Below are positions 1-28,071 of a stretch of 64,000 nucleotides of DNA, piece after piece. The stretch is from assembly GCA_964016885.1 (NCBI GenBank), contig CAXHJY010000115.1, positions 1 to 64,000 on the forward strand, written 5' to 3'. How positions within the stretch are numbered: the stretch's first letter is position 1; each line of letters opens with the position of its first letter. The position numbers were made by a program, and so were the translations under genes. The notes below the pieces were generated by a model. The model saw nothing but the letters and a program-made list of their open reading frames with translations, made no database searches and had not been told where the DNA came from. The DNA is from Eledone cirrhosa. Taxonomy: Eukaryota.

Positions 1-2192
<2,192 letters not shown>

Positions 2193-3832
2193 ATAACTTT
2201 GAATAACTTTGAAATGTTTTGGCCAGTATTGGCCCAGGCCATGTCTAACTTAATAGCACCACCTGGCGAAGTCTTTCAATTCAGGATTTGGGCACCATGG
2301 CCCATTCGAGAAGAGAATTACTGTTTGCGGAGACATATCCGGGTGTGGGTGGTTTGTCCGGGATTACTTGGAGGAATTTGTCCAAAGACTTCTTGAATTT
2401 TGTGTGGTCAGTTTCTGTTTTGACGTGTCCTGGTGTGATGTTGAAGAGAGCAGGGCCGATTGAGGTGAAATAATTGTGCCGTATTGTTGTTATGAGTTGC
2501 GATTTAGATTTTTGAATGGGACGGATAGCACGGGGCCCAAGCCTTGGGTGTATCTTGAAGGCGATGCCAACATCATTTGGGCAGTGATGATGGAACATTT
2601 TCCACATCATGCAGATAATATAACGCTCACGGTGACGTTGGAGTGAGTAAAGTTTCAGGTTTTCTAATCGACCCCAGTAGTCAAGGTCTGACATGCCATC
2701 TATCTTTTTCGTGATTGCCCTTTGAGGAGCTTCAAGTTTCATGATACTTTGTTTCATGTGGGGAGACCACAGTGGACAACAGTATTCAAGGTGTGGTCGG
2801 GCAAAAGTAGAGAAGAGAAGGATAATGGTGCGGGAATCTCTCGACTGGAAGGTTCTGAGGATCCAGGAACACATTCTGCGGGCCATGTCAACTTTGCTGC
2901 TTATATGCGTGGTCCAGCTTATGTTGCTGTCCACGGTTACTCCCAAGTCTCTGATGTTGTTAGATGCCACGAGAGTTTCCCCGGAGGGAAGGGAGTATGG
3001 GAGTTTCAGAGCATCCTCTTTTCCAAAGTGGATCAGTTCGAATTTGTCTTCGTTCAGTAACATGTTCTTTTCTGCCCATTGGGTAACAGCCAGTAGGTCT
3101 GACTGAAGGCTTATCCGGTCATCCACGCCATTGATGACCTTTTGGAGCTTGGAATCATCAGCGAAAATTTTAATGTTGCTGTGTTTGATGATGTCAGTGA
3201 TGTCATTAATATAGATGATGAAGAGAAGTGGGCCCAACACAGTGCCTTGTGGGACTCCACTACTGACTTTGGCTGGGCTTGATTTGACTCCCTCAACTAC
3301 AACATGTTGGGTTCTGTTTGACAGGAAGCTCTTGATCCACTGCAGCAGCTTTCCAGTGACACCAATATTGGACAGCTTTCTCAGTAGAATGTTATGATCA
3401 ACCCTGTCAAAGGCCTTGCTGAAATCAAGGTAGATAACATCAGTGTTGGAACCCTCTCCCAAGGCTCTCAAAATGTCATCAAAGTGATGCAGTAGCTGCG
3501 TCAGGCAATCCCTTCCATTACGGAATCCATGCTGGTTGGAGTTCAGCATATTGTTACTCTCAAGGAAGTGGGTCATTCGCGATCTCACCACTCGCTCAAA
3601 TACCTTAATGATATGAGAGGTGAGTGAGATTGGACGGTAATTCACGGCAAGGGATTTGTTTCCCTTTTTGAAAACTGGGACAACAGACTGGGATAGAAGG
3701 TTTTCTGGCACATATCCAGCATCCAGTGAGTTCCGCCACAGATTGGCAAGAGGAGATGGAAGTTGGTGTTGACACGCCTTCAAGACAAGCAGGGAACCTA
3801 TCGGGACCTACTGCTGAATTATGCTTGATTTC
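2193..3832 (-). mobile_element. 5'-truncated non-LTR retrotransposon (CR1/L2-group LINE), copy 1, RT region plus 3' end
   Basis: ORF 2281-3783 has [33 protein letters not shown] and FADD motifs. The 3' end carries two copies of a 10-nt unit (plus strand ATAACTTTGA, 2193-2212). Relative to copy 2 it has a 2-bp deletion near 3787 and a 3-bp deletion near 3065. Clade assignment is by motif recollection. Confidence 0.95.
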
Positions 3833-3840
3833 TATATATA

Positions 3841-3876
<36 letters not shown>

Positions 3877-4519
3877 CATACATACATATATATATACATA
3901 CATACATACATACATACATACATACACATACATATATATATACATACATACATACATATACATATATATACATACATATACATATATATATACATACATA
4001 TACATATATATATATATACATACATACATATACATATATATACATACATACATATACATATATATATATATACATACATACATATACATATATATATATA
4101 TACATACATACATATACATATATATATATATACATACATACATATACATATATATATATATACATACATACATATACATATATATATATATACATACATA
4201 CATATACATATATATATATATACATACATACATATACATATATATACATACATACATACACATATATATATATATACATACATACATATATATATATATA
4301 TACATACATACATACATATATATATATACATACATACATATATATATATATACATACATACATACATATATATATACATACATACATACATATATATATA
4401 TATATACATACATACATATATATATATATATACATACATACATATATATACATACATACATATATATATATATACATACATACATATATATATATATACA
4501 TACATACATACATATATAT

Positions 4520-4550
<31 letters not shown>

Positions 4551-4591
4551 CATACATATATATATATATACATACATACATACATATATAT

Positions 4592-4686
<95 letters not shown>

Positions 4687-4879
4687 CATACATACATATA
4701 TATACATACATACATATATATATATATATACATACATACATATATATATATATACATACATACATACATATATATATATATACATACATACATACATATA
4801 TATATATATACATACATATATATATATATATATACATACATACATATATATATATATACATACATATATATATATATAT

Positions 4880-4944
<65 letters not shown>

Positions 4945-5100
4945 CATACATACATATATATACATACATACATACATATATATACATACATACATACACA
5001 TACATACATACATACACATACATACATACATATATATATATACATACATACATACATATATATATACATACATATATACATACATACATATATATATACA
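3833..5100. repeat. Compound (TA/CA)n microsatellite block 2
   Basis: (YA)n alternation with local ~30-bp higher-order units. Confidence 0.98.
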
Positions 5101-5510
5101 TGGTGGCTGCCAACTCGTTTTCGAGTACGGCCACTACTTTATATCCATGTAGGAGAACCCCTACTGATGCGCTGAACGAGTGTGACTTTTTAGTCCAGCC
5201 AGCGACTTGAAAACTCTGGTACAAACACTACACTTGTGACAATTATTGACACATAGTGCTGGGCCCATGGTACCATGTGACGACAAGTGCAGAGAGATCT
5301 CCAGATATAAAGCAATGCCTGTGCCGTGAAGCTTTTATAGTGAGCAAAGGCACTGCACAAAGCCAGTCCCACTCTCTTAACCAAGATGATATTTACCAAA
5401 AAGAAGAACAAGTCAACATCATTGGATACCATCAGGGTTGCAGGTGTTATATCAGAGTTTTCCTTCTCCTAGAATTCTGCCTTGACAAAGGCTAAGGGGT
5501 CATCTCTCCC
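5101..5510 (-). mobile_element. Short non-autonomous RTE-derived retroposon, copy 1 (5'-truncated)
   Basis: Nearly identical to 13854-14244. Minus strand 5268-5161 reads [35 protein letters not shown], a C2H2 finger as at RTE ORF C-termini. It also has an RTE 5'UTR-like motif (AGCCTTTGTCAAGGCAGAATTCTAGGAGAAGGAAAACTCTGA) and no RT. Confidence 0.7.
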
Positions 5511-13853
<8,343 letters not shown>

Positions 13854-14445
13854 TGGTGGCTGCCAACTCGTTTTCGAGTACGGCCACTACTTTATATCCA
13901 TGTAGGAGAACCCCTACCGATGCGCTGAACGACTGTGACTTTTTAGTCCAGCCAGCGACTTGAAAACTCTGGTACAAACACTACACTTGTGACAATTATT
14001 GACACAGTGCTGGGCCCATGGTACAGAGAGATCTCCAGATATAAAGCAATGCCTGTGCTGTGAAGCTTTTATAGTGAGCAAAGGCACTGCACAAAGCCAG
14101 TCCCACTCTCTTAACCAAGATGATATTTACCAAAAAGAAGAACAAGTCAACATCATTGGATACCATCAGGGTTGCAGGTGTTATATCAGAGTTTTCCTTC
14201 TCTTAGAATTCTGCCTTGACAAAGGCTAAGGGGTCATCTCTCCCAGTGATTTTGGATGGCCATTGACTCTTAAGAGCTCCTTTGCCCTTCACACAGGTTT
14301 TGTTTTTAGTCCTGCAGGATGTCCAAAGTCACCCTCCTCACCAAGAAACCTTGGTGGGGTTGCCAGTTTAGTCGCCAACGACCCGACCATGAGACAGGTT
14401 GTACTGGGATACATGTTACCAGTAGCACCAAGTGGTGACCTGACA
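13854..14445 (-). mobile_element. Short non-autonomous RTE-derived retroposon, copy 2 (longer 5' end, ~590 bp)
   Basis: Same 3' end as copy 1 (plus TGGTGGCTGCCAACTCG) and extends ~200 bp further 5'. The C2H2 motif is retained ([23 protein letters not shown]). Confidence 0.7.
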
Positions 14446-17400
14446 TACACATATATATACACATATATATACATACATACATACACACATATACATACAC
14501 ACATATATACATACATACATACACACATATATACATACATACATACACACATATATACATACATACATACACACATATATACATACATACATACACACAT
14601 ATATACATACATACATACACACATATATACATACATACATACACACATATATACATACATACATACACACATATATACATACATACATACACACATATAT
14701 ACATACATACATACACACATATATACATACATACATACACACATATATACATACATACATACACACATATATACATACATACATACACACATATATACAT
14801 ACATACATACACACATATATACATACATACATACACACATATATACATACATACATACACACATATATACATACATACATACACACATATATACATACAT
14901 ACATACACACATATATACATACATACATACACACATATATACATACATACATACACACATATATACATACATACATACACACATATATACATACATACAT
15001 ACACACATATATACATACATACATACACACATATATACATACATACATACACACATATATACATACATACATACACACATATATACATACATACATACAC
15101 ACATATATACATACATACATACACACATATATACATACATACATACACACATATATACATACATACATACACACATATATACATACATACATACACACAT
15201 ATATACATACATACATACACACATATATATATACATACATACACATATATATATATACATACATACACATATATATATATACATACATACACATATATAT
15301 ATATACATACATACACATATATATATATACATACATACACATATATATATATACATACATACACATATATATATATACATACATACACATATATATATAT
15401 ACATACATACACATATATATATACATACATACACATATATATATACATACATACACATATATATATATATACATACATACACATATATATATATATACAT
15501 ACATACACATATATATATATACATACATACACATATATATATATACATACATACACATATATATATATACATACATACACATATATATATATACATACAT
15601 ACACATATATATATATACATACATACACATATATATATATACATACATACACATATATATATATACATACATACACATATATATATATACATACATACAC
15701 ATATATATATACATACATACACATATATATATACATACATACACATATATATATACATACATACACATATATATATACATACATACACATATATATATAT
15801 ACATACATACACATATATATACATACATACATACACATATATATACATACACATATATATACATACATACATACACATATATATATATACATACATACAC
15901 ATATATATATATACATACATACATACACATATATATATATACATACATACATACACATATATATATATACATACATACATACACATATATATATATACAT
16001 ACATACATACACATATATATATATACATACATACATACACATATATATATATACATACATACACATATATATATATACATACATACACATATATATATAT
16101 ACATACATACATACACATATATATATATACATACATACACATATATATATATACATACATACACATATATATATATACATACATACACATATATATATAT
16201 ACATACATACACATATATATATACATACATACACATATATATATATACATACATACACATATATATATATACATACATACACATATATATATATACATAC
16301 ATACACATATATATATATACATACATACACATATATATATATACATACATACACATATATATATATACATACATACACATATATATATATACATACATAC
16401 ACATATATATATATACATACATACACATATATATATATACATACATACACATATATATATATACATACATACACATATATATATATACATACATACACAT
16501 ATATATATATACATACATACACATATATATATATACATACATACACATATATATATATACATACATACACATATATATATATACATACATACACATATAT
16601 ATATATACATACATACACATATATATATATACATACATACATACACATATATATATATACATACATACACATATATATATATACATACATACACATATAT
16701 ATATATACATACATACACATATATATATATACATACATACACATATATATATATACATACATACACATATATATATATACATACATACACATATATATAT
16801 ATACATACATACACATATATATATATACATACATACACATATATATATATACATACATACACATATATATATATACATACATACACATATATATATATAC
16901 ATACATACACATATATATATATACATACATACACATATATATATATATACATACATACACATATATATATATATACATACATACACATATATATATATAT
17001 ACATACATACACATATATATATATATACATACATACACATATATATATATATACATACATACACATATATATATATATACATACATACACATATATATAT
17101 ATATACATACATACACATATATATATATATACATACATACACATATATATATATATACATACATACACATATATATATATATACATACATACACATATAT
17201 ATATATATATACATACATACACATATATATATATATACATACATACACATATATATATATATACATACATACACATATATATATACATACATACATACAC
17301 ATATATATATATATACATACATACATACACATATATATATATACATACATACATACATACACATATATATATATACATACATACATACATACACATATAT

Positions 17401-18470
17401 ATATATACATACATACATACACATATATATATATACATACATACATACACATATATATATATACATACATACATACACATATATATATATACATACATAC
17501 ACATATATATATATACATACATACACATATATATATATACATACATACACATATATATATATACATACATACACATATATATATACATACATACACATAT
17601 ATATATACATACATACACATATATATATATACATACATACACATATATATATACATACATACACATATATATATATACATACACATATATATATATACAT
17701 ACATACACATATATATATATACATACACATATATATATATACATACACATATATATATATACATACACATATATATATATACATACATACACATATATAT
17801 ATATACATACATACACATATATATATATACATACATACACATATATATATACATACATACACATATATATATATACATACATACACATATATATATATAC
17901 ATACATACACATATATATATATACATACATACACATATATATATACATACATACACATATATATATATACATACATACACATATATATATATACATACAT
18001 ACACATATATATATATACATACATACACATATATATATATACATACATACACATATATATATATATACATACATACACATATATATATATATACATACAT
18101 ACACATATATACATACATACACATATATATATATATACATACATACACATATATATATATACATACATACACATATATATATATACATACATACACATAT
18201 ATATATATATATACATACATACACATATATATATATATATACATACATACACATATATATATATATACATACATACACATATATATATATATACATACAT
18301 ACACATATATATATATATACATACATACACATATATATATATATACATACATACACATATATATATATATACATACATACACATATATATATATATACAT
18401 ACATACACATATATATATATATACATACATACACATATATATATATATACATACATACATACACATATAT
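14446..18470. repeat. Compound microsatellite block 4, including an apparently perfect 24-bp tandem array (~14490-15225)
   Basis: (CACACATATATACATACATACATA)n shows no visible variation over about 30 units, then 22-26-bp variants follow. Confidence 0.97.
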
Positions 18471-20348
18471 ATAACTTTGAAATGTTTTGGCCAGTATTGG
18501 CCCAGGCCATGTCTAACTTAATAGCACCACCTGGCGAAGTCTTTCAATTCAGGATTTGGGCACCATGGCCCATTCGAGAAGAGAATTACTGTTTGCGGAG
18601 ACATATCCGGGTGTGGGTGGTTTGTCCGGGATTACTTGGAGGAATTTGTCCAAAGACTTCTTGAATTTTGTGTGGTCAGTTTCTGTTTTGACGTGTCCTG
18701 GTGTGATGTTGAAGAGAGCAGGGCCGATTGAGGTGAAATAATTGTGCCGTATTGTTGTTATGAGTTGCGATTTAGATTTTTGAATGGGACGGATAGCACG
18801 GGGCCCAAGCCTTGGGTGTATCTTGAAGGCGATGCCAACATCATTTGGGCAGTGATGATGGAACATTTTCCACATCATGCAGATAATATAACGCTCACGG
18901 CGACGTTGGAGTGAGTAAAGTTTCAGGTTTTCCAATCGACCCCAGTAGTCAAGGTCTGACATGCCATCTATCTTTTTCGTGATTGCCCTTTGAGGAGCTT
19001 CAAGTTTCATGATACTTTGTTTCGTGTGGGGAGACCACAGTGGACAACAGTATTCAAGGTGTGGTCGGGCGAAAGTAGAGAAGAGAAGGATAATGGTGCG
19101 GGAATCTCTCGACTGGAAGGTTCTGAGGATCCAGGAACACATTCTGCGGGCCATGTCAACTTTGCTGCTTATATGCGTGGTCCAGCTTATGTTGCTGTCC
19201 ACGGTTACTCCCAAGTCTCTGATGTTGTTTGATGCCACGAGAGTTTCCCCGGAGGGAAGGGAGTACGGGAGTTTCAGAGCATCCTCTTTTCCAAAGTGGA
19301 TCAGTTCGAATTTGTCTTCGTTCAGTAACATGTTGTTCTTTTCTGCCCATTGGGTAACAGCCAGTAGGTCTGACTGAAGGCTTATCCGGTCATCCACGCC
19401 ATTGATGACCTTTTGGAGCTTGGAATCATCAGCGAAAATTTTAATGTTGCTGTGTTTGATGATGTCAGTGATGTCATTAATATAGATGATGAAGAGAAGT
19501 GGGCCCAACACAGTGCCTTGTGGGACTCCACTACTGACTTTGGCTGGGCTTGATTTGACTCCCTCAACTACAACATGTTGGGTTCTGTTTGACAGGAAGC
19601 TCTTGATCCACTGCAGCAGCTTTCCAGTGACACCAATATTGGACAGCTTTCTCAGTAGAATGTTATGATCAACCCTGTCAAAGGCCTTGCTGAAATCAAG
19701 GTAGATAACATCAGTGTTGGAACCCTCTCCCAAGGCTCTCAAAATGTCATCAAAGTGATGCAGTAGTTGCGTCAGGCAATCCCTTCCATTACGGAATCCA
19801 TGCTGGTTGGAGTTCAGCATATTGTTACTCTCAAGGAAGTGGGTCATTCGCGATCTCACCACTCGCTCAAATACCTTAATGATATGAGAGGTGAGTGAGA
19901 TTGGACGGTAATTCACGGCAAGGGATTTGTTTCCCTTTTTGAAAACTGGGACAACAGACTGGGATAGAAGGTTTTCTGGCACATATCCAGCATCCAGTGA
20001 GTTCCGCCACAGATTGGCAAGAGGAGAAGCAAGTTGGTGTTGACACGCCTTCAAGACACAAGCAGGGAACCTATCGGGACCTACTGCTGAATTATGCTTG
20101 ATTTCCTTTATTGCCGCCAAGACATCAGGGGCGCCAAACGTTATGTCCGATAAGGTGTAATGGGGAGTAACATCGCCGATACAGCCCAGATCGGCCATAT
20201 CAGGATTGCTGAAAACAGAGCAGTATTGTTTCTGCAGTATCTCACCCATGGTTTTAGCATTGTCTTGAAGAGTGCCATTTTCATCAATTAGAGGGCCAAC
20301 AGTAGAGCCAGTGATTTTGTGTTTTTTTGCAAATGAAAAGAACACTTT
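18471..20348 (-). mobile_element. 5'-truncated CR1/L2-group LINE, copy 2, uninterrupted RT frame
   Basis: The frame from [10 protein letters not shown] (~20347) to the stop at 18549 is open and has all RT motifs (FADD). It is nearly identical to copy 1, with one ATAACTTTGA tail unit. No endonuclease domain is present because of the truncation. Confidence 0.96.
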
Positions 20349-23300
20349 ATATATATATATATACATACATACATACACATATATATATATATACATACAT
20401 ACATACACATATATATATATATACATACATACATACACATATATATATATATACATACATACATACACATATATATATATATACATACATACATACACAT
20501 ATATATATATATACATACATACATACACATATATATATATATACATACATACATACACATATATATATATACATACATACATACACATATATATATATAC
20601 ATACATACATACACATATATATATACATACATACACATATATATATATACATACATACATACACATATATACATACATACATACACATATATATATATAC
20701 ATACATACATACACATATATATATACATACATACATACACATATATATATATACATACATACATACACATATATATATATATACATACATACACATATAT
20801 ATATATATACATACATACACATATATATATATATACATACATACACATATATATATATATACATACATACACATATATATATATATACATACATACACAT
20901 ATATATATATATACATACATACACATATATATATATATACATACATACACATATATATATATATACATACATACACATATATATATATATACATACATAC
21001 ACATATATATATATATACATACATACACATATATATATATATACATACATACACATATATATATATATACATACATACACATATATATATATATACATAC
21101 ATACACATATATATATATATACATACATACACATATATATATATATACATACATACACATATATATATATATACATACATACACATATATATATATATAC
21201 ATACATACACATATATATATATATACATACATACACATATATATATATATACATACATACACATATATATATATATACATACATACACATATATATATAT
21301 ATACATACATACACATATATATATATATACATACATACACATATATATATATATACATACATACACATATATATATATATACATACATACACATATATAT
21401 ATATATACATACATACACATATATATATATATACATACATACACATATATATATATACACATACATACACATATATATATATACACATACATACACATAT
21501 ATATATATACATACATACACATATATATATATATACATACATACACATATATATATATATACATACATACACATATATATATATACATACATACACATAT
21601 ATATATATATACATACATACACATATATATATATATACATACATACACATATATATATATATACATACATACACATATATATATATATACATACATACAC
21701 ATATATATATATATACATACATACACATATATATATATATACATACATACACATATATATATATATACATACATACACATATATATATATATACATACAT
21801 ACACATATATATATATATACATACATACACATATATATATATATACATACATACACATATATATATATATACATACATACACATATATATATATATACAT
21901 ACATACACATATATATATATACATACATACACATATATATATATATACATACATACACATATATATATATACATACATACACATATATATATATACATAC
22001 ATACACATATATATATATACATACATACACATATATATATATACATACATACACATATATATATATACATACATACACATATATATATATATACATACGT
22101 ACACATATATATATATATACATACATACACATATATATATACATACATACACATATATATATATATACATACATACACATATATATATATATACATACAT
22201 ACACATATATATATATACATACATACACATATATATATATATACATACATACACATATATATATATATACATACATACACATATATATATATACATACAT
22301 ACACATATATATATATACATACATACACATATATATATATACATACATACACATATATATATATATACATACATACACATATATATATATATACATACAT
22401 ACACATATATATATATATACATACATACACATATATATATATATACATACATACACATATATATATATATACATACATACACATATATATATATATACAT
22501 ACATACACATATATATATATATACATACATACACATATATATATATATACATACATACACATATATATATATATACATACATACACATATATATATATAT
22601 ACATACATACACATATATATATATATACATACATACACATATATATATATATACATACATACACATATATATATATATACATACATACACATATATATAT
22701 ATATACATACATACACATATATATATATATACATACATACACATATATATATATACATACATACACATATATATATATACATACATACACATATATATAT
22801 ATACATACATACACATATATATATACATACATACACATATATATATACATACATACACATATATATATATATACATACATACACATATATATATATATAC
22901 ATACATACACATATATATATATATACATACATACACATATATATATATATACATACATACACATATATATATATATACATACATACACATATATATATAT
23001 ATACATACATACACATATATATATATATACATACATACACATATATATATATATACATACATACACATATATATATATATACATACATACACATATATAT
23101 ATATATACATACATACACATATATATATATATACATACATACACATATATATATATATACATACATACACATATATATATATATACATACATACACATAT
23201 ATATATATATACATACATACACATATATATATATATACATACATACACATATATATATATATACATACATACACATATATATATATACATACATACACAT

Positions 23301-26300
23301 ATATATATATACATACATACACATATATATATATACATACATACACATATATATATATACATACATACACATATATATATATACATACATACACATATAT
23401 ATATACATACATACACATATATATATATATACATACATACACATATATATATATATACATACATACACATATATATATATATACATACATACACATATAT
23501 ATATATATACATACATACACATATATATATATATACATACATACACATATATATATATATACATACATACACATATATATATATATACATACATACACAT
23601 ATATATATATACATACATACATACACATATATATATATATACATACATACACACATATATATATACATACATACACATATATATATATACATACATACAC
23701 ATATATATATATACATACATACACATATATATATATACATACATACACATATATATATATACATACATACACATATATATATACATACATACATACACAT
23801 ATATATAATACATACACTATATATATACATACACATATATATATATATACATACATACACATATATATATATATACATACATACACATATATACATACAT
23901 ACACATATATATATATATACATACATACACATATATATATATATACATACATACACATATATATATATATACATACATACACATATATATATATATACAT
24001 ACATACACATATATATATATATACATACATACACATATATATATATATACATACATACACATATATATATATATACATACATACACATATATATATATAT
24101 ACATACATACACATATATATATATATACATACATACACATATATATATATATACATACATACACATATATATATATATACATACATACACATATATATAT
24201 ATATACATACATACACATATATATATATATACATACATACACATATATATATATACATACATACACATATATATATATACATACATACATATATATATAT
24301 ATACATACATATATATATATATACATACATACACATATATATATATATACATACATACACATATACATATATACACATACATACACATATACATACATAC
24401 ATACATACATACACATATATATACATACATACACATATATATATACATACATACACATATATATATACATACATACACATATATATATACATACATACAC
24501 ATATATATATACATACATACACATATATATATACATACATACACATATATATATACATACATACACATATATATATACATACATACACATATATATATAC
24601 ATACATACACATATATATATACATACATACACATATATATATACATACATACACATATATATATACATACATACACATATATATATACATACATACACAT
24701 ATATATATACATACATACACATATATATATACATACATACACATATATATATACATACATACACATATATATATACATACATACACATATATATATACAT
24801 ACATACACATATATATATACATACATACACATATATATATACATACATACACATATATATATACATACATACACATATATATATACATACATACACATAT
24901 ATATATACATACATACACATATATATATACATACATACACATATATATATACATACATACACATATATATATACATACATACACATATATATATACATAC
25001 ATACACATATACATATATACATACATACACATATACATATATACATACATACACATATACATACATACACATATATATATACATACATACACATATATAT
25101 ATACATACATACACATATATATATACATACATACACATATATATATACATACATACACATATATATATATACATACATACACATATATATATACATACAT
25201 ACACATATATATACATACATACACATATATATACATACATACACATATATATATACATACATACACATATATATATACATACATACACATATATATACAT
25301 ACATACACATATATATATACATACATACACATATATATATACATACATACACATATATATATACATACATACACATATATATATACATACATACACATAT
25401 ATATACATACATACACATATATATATACATACATACACATATATATATACATACATACACATATATATATACATACATACACATATATATATACATACAT
25501 ACACATATATATATACATACATACACATATATATATATACATACATACACATATATATATACATACATACACATATATATATACATACATACACATATAT
25601 ATATACATACATACATACACATATATATATACATACATACATACACATATATATACATACATACATACACATATATATATACATACATACACATATATAC
25701 ATACATACATACACATATATATATACATACATACATACACATATATATATACATACATACATACACATATATATATACATACATACATACACATATATAT
25801 ATACATACATACATACACATATATATATACATACATACATACACATATATATACATACATACACATATATATATACATACATACATACACATATATATAC
25901 ATACATACACATATATATATACATACATACATACACATATATATATACATACATACATACACATATATATATACATACATACACATATATATATACATAC
26001 ATACATACACATATATATATACATACATACATACACATATATACATACATACATACACATATATATATACATACATACACATATATATATACATACATAC
26101 ATACACATATATATACATACATACATACACATATATATATACATACATACATACACATATATATATACATACATACACATATATACATACATACACATAT
26201 ATACATACATACATACACATATATACATACATACATACACATATATACATACATACATACACACACATACATACACACACACACATACATACATACATAC

Positions 26301-26458
26301 ATACATACATACATACATACATACACATACATACATACATACATATACACATACACATACACATACATATACACATACATATACACATACACATACATAC
26401 ATACATACACATACATATACACATACATACATACATACATACATACATACACACATAC
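20349..26458. repeat. Compound microsatellite block 5 (~6.1 kb)
   Basis: Units of 30, then 24, then 20 bp built on CATACATACACA(TA)n, ending in a CA-rich tail. Confidence 0.98.
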
Positions 26459-26789
26459 TGAATGAAAAGTTTCTGGAAAGCCTGTTGGAATGTTCTTGAC
26501 TATAAAAAGTTATTGGTGCATGTAAACCCAGTAAAGGTATATATAATGGGATGAGAAAACAAGAACTGAAGGAACCCGATTAGGAGGGCGGGGGTGGTAC
26601 TTATTTCAACACAGGATCAAAAAGAATACTTTTCTCAAGTTTCAATGAGAATTTTATATACAAATAACCAGTTCAACGTATTGACCTCTTCACTTGGGTG
26701 TCTAACAAATTAGGTATAGCAGCTAAATCCGGCCGAGACCGCACCCTATTTCTTCTAGGACATACTAGATAATGTAGTCGTCAGTATCG

Positions 26790-26995
26790 AGACGCGAGGC
26801 CAAGTGGTAAGGGTGTTGGACTTACATAATGTCGTAGGTGGTATGTTCGATTCCTGAGCTGGGTTGCGTGTTGTGCTGTGTTGTTGAGCAAAACACTTCA
26901 TTTCACGTCCTTCCAGTATACTCAGCTGAAAATGAGTACCAGCAATGGCTGGGGGTTGAACTCTGCAACGGACTGGCTTCCTGTCCAGGGGCAGA
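26790..26995 (+). mobile_element. tRNA-derived SINE
   Basis: Box A-like GAGGCCAAGTGG, box B GTTCGATTCC, and body TTGAGCAAAACACTTCATTTCACG...CTCAGCTGAAAATGAGTACC shared with inverted copies near 28975-29060, 37525-37665 and 62318-62425. Confidence 0.8.
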
Positions 26996-27251
26996 GTGGG
27001 ATTTACGTATAAGCTAAACAAGCTATAGCTTAGGGCCACCACACAAAAAAAAAAACAAAAAAACAGCGACAATTTGTCGCTGACATAGGACATATAAAGG
27101 GCCCCATTATCTCAAATAGCTGAAGGCCCCATCAAATCTAAATCCGGCCCTGTCAGGGGGGAGGGAGTCTACTCAATGCTGCCATCAGGCAATCATTAAC
27201 ACGGCTTCTTCAGACCAAACCTCATCTTAGGTAATATATGCATGCACACAC

Positions 27252-27286
<35 letters not shown>

Positions 27287-27292
<6 letters not shown>

Positions 27293-27385
27293 GTCCCCCA
27301 AAACATGTACACACCTCCAAAGCATTCTAACAAATATTACCTGTACAGGTAATCAAAGTGTGTATACATTTTAGTGGGCACCCTG
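27287..27385. mobile_element. Tc1/mariner-type MITE (~100 bp)
   Basis: Imperfect TIRs TAGGGTGTCCCCCAAAACATGTACACAC / GTGTGTATACATTTTAGTGGGCACCCTG next to (TA)n. Confidence 0.65.
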
Positions 27386-27711
27386 CATATATAGAACTAT
27401 CTCAAATAAGGCTCGGAAATGACCAAAGTACTTTAAAATAAAGAAACCTTTTAAGAGCCTCAGCCCAGGGGTAAACTCCTTGTCAAGCCACCTAAATCTA
27501 GAGGGTTTAACATATATATGCAAGGTGCGTGTGCGTGTTAATCACTGAAAACAAAAGGCGAAGTTTAGTGCTTAATCAAGCATTAAACATCGTATTTTGT
27601 TTTCATTGCTCAACATATATATAGATAAATATGTGTGTACGTGTATACAATGTCTATCTTGTTTGTACATATACAAATAATAATAAACACATGAAAAATT
27701 CATCGTCTCAC

Positions 27712-27843
27712 CTTGACATCGTATTTCTTGCGTGCGTTCATCACTTGATATGCCATCCATTGTATCAATAATATGGATGCAACAGCAACAAACACCACAT
27801 AACCATAGGCCGAAGGAAGGAGTTCAAAAATTTGCCTGTACAT
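27712..27843 (-). CDS. MGST3: First coding exon of microsomal glutathione S-transferase 3-like (MAPEG family) gene; remaining exons not found in window
   Basis: Minus strand translates MYRQIFELLPSAYGYVVFVAVASILLIQWMAYQVMNARKKYDVK followed by a phase-0 GTGAGA donor. This matches the MGST3 N-terminal pattern (YGxV, hydrophobic helix, V..ARKKY.V). It is too short to appear in the ORF track. Confidence 0.85.
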
Positions 27844-28071
27844 TCTTGTTAAGGATCAAATCAGTTCTACAACTGAAGTGTTGTCGTGCGATGAAGTTTT
27901 GAAGCCACGCAACAACCACTGCAATGTTTAAGTAGCTCGGCAGTTATCTCCCTTGCCTGCTAGCCTGCTTTTTACTGTTTGAGGTTGTTAATGTGGGGGG
28001 TGGAGGTGGGAGATAATGTGTGAGAAACTGTCTCCACACCCACCTCAACCTTTATACCAGAATGTTGAAAT

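Noticed and set aside
14490-15225. CRISPR-like regular array
   Set aside because: Direct tandem units without spacers, in a eukaryotic context with no cas genes.
18549-23813. 1754-aa ORF fusing repeat peptide to RT
   Set aside because: The truncated LINE frame simply runs into stop-free satellite, and there is no evidence of a real fusion protein.
26790-26860. tRNA gene
   Set aside because: A and B boxes only, with no cloverleaf, continuing into a SINE body.
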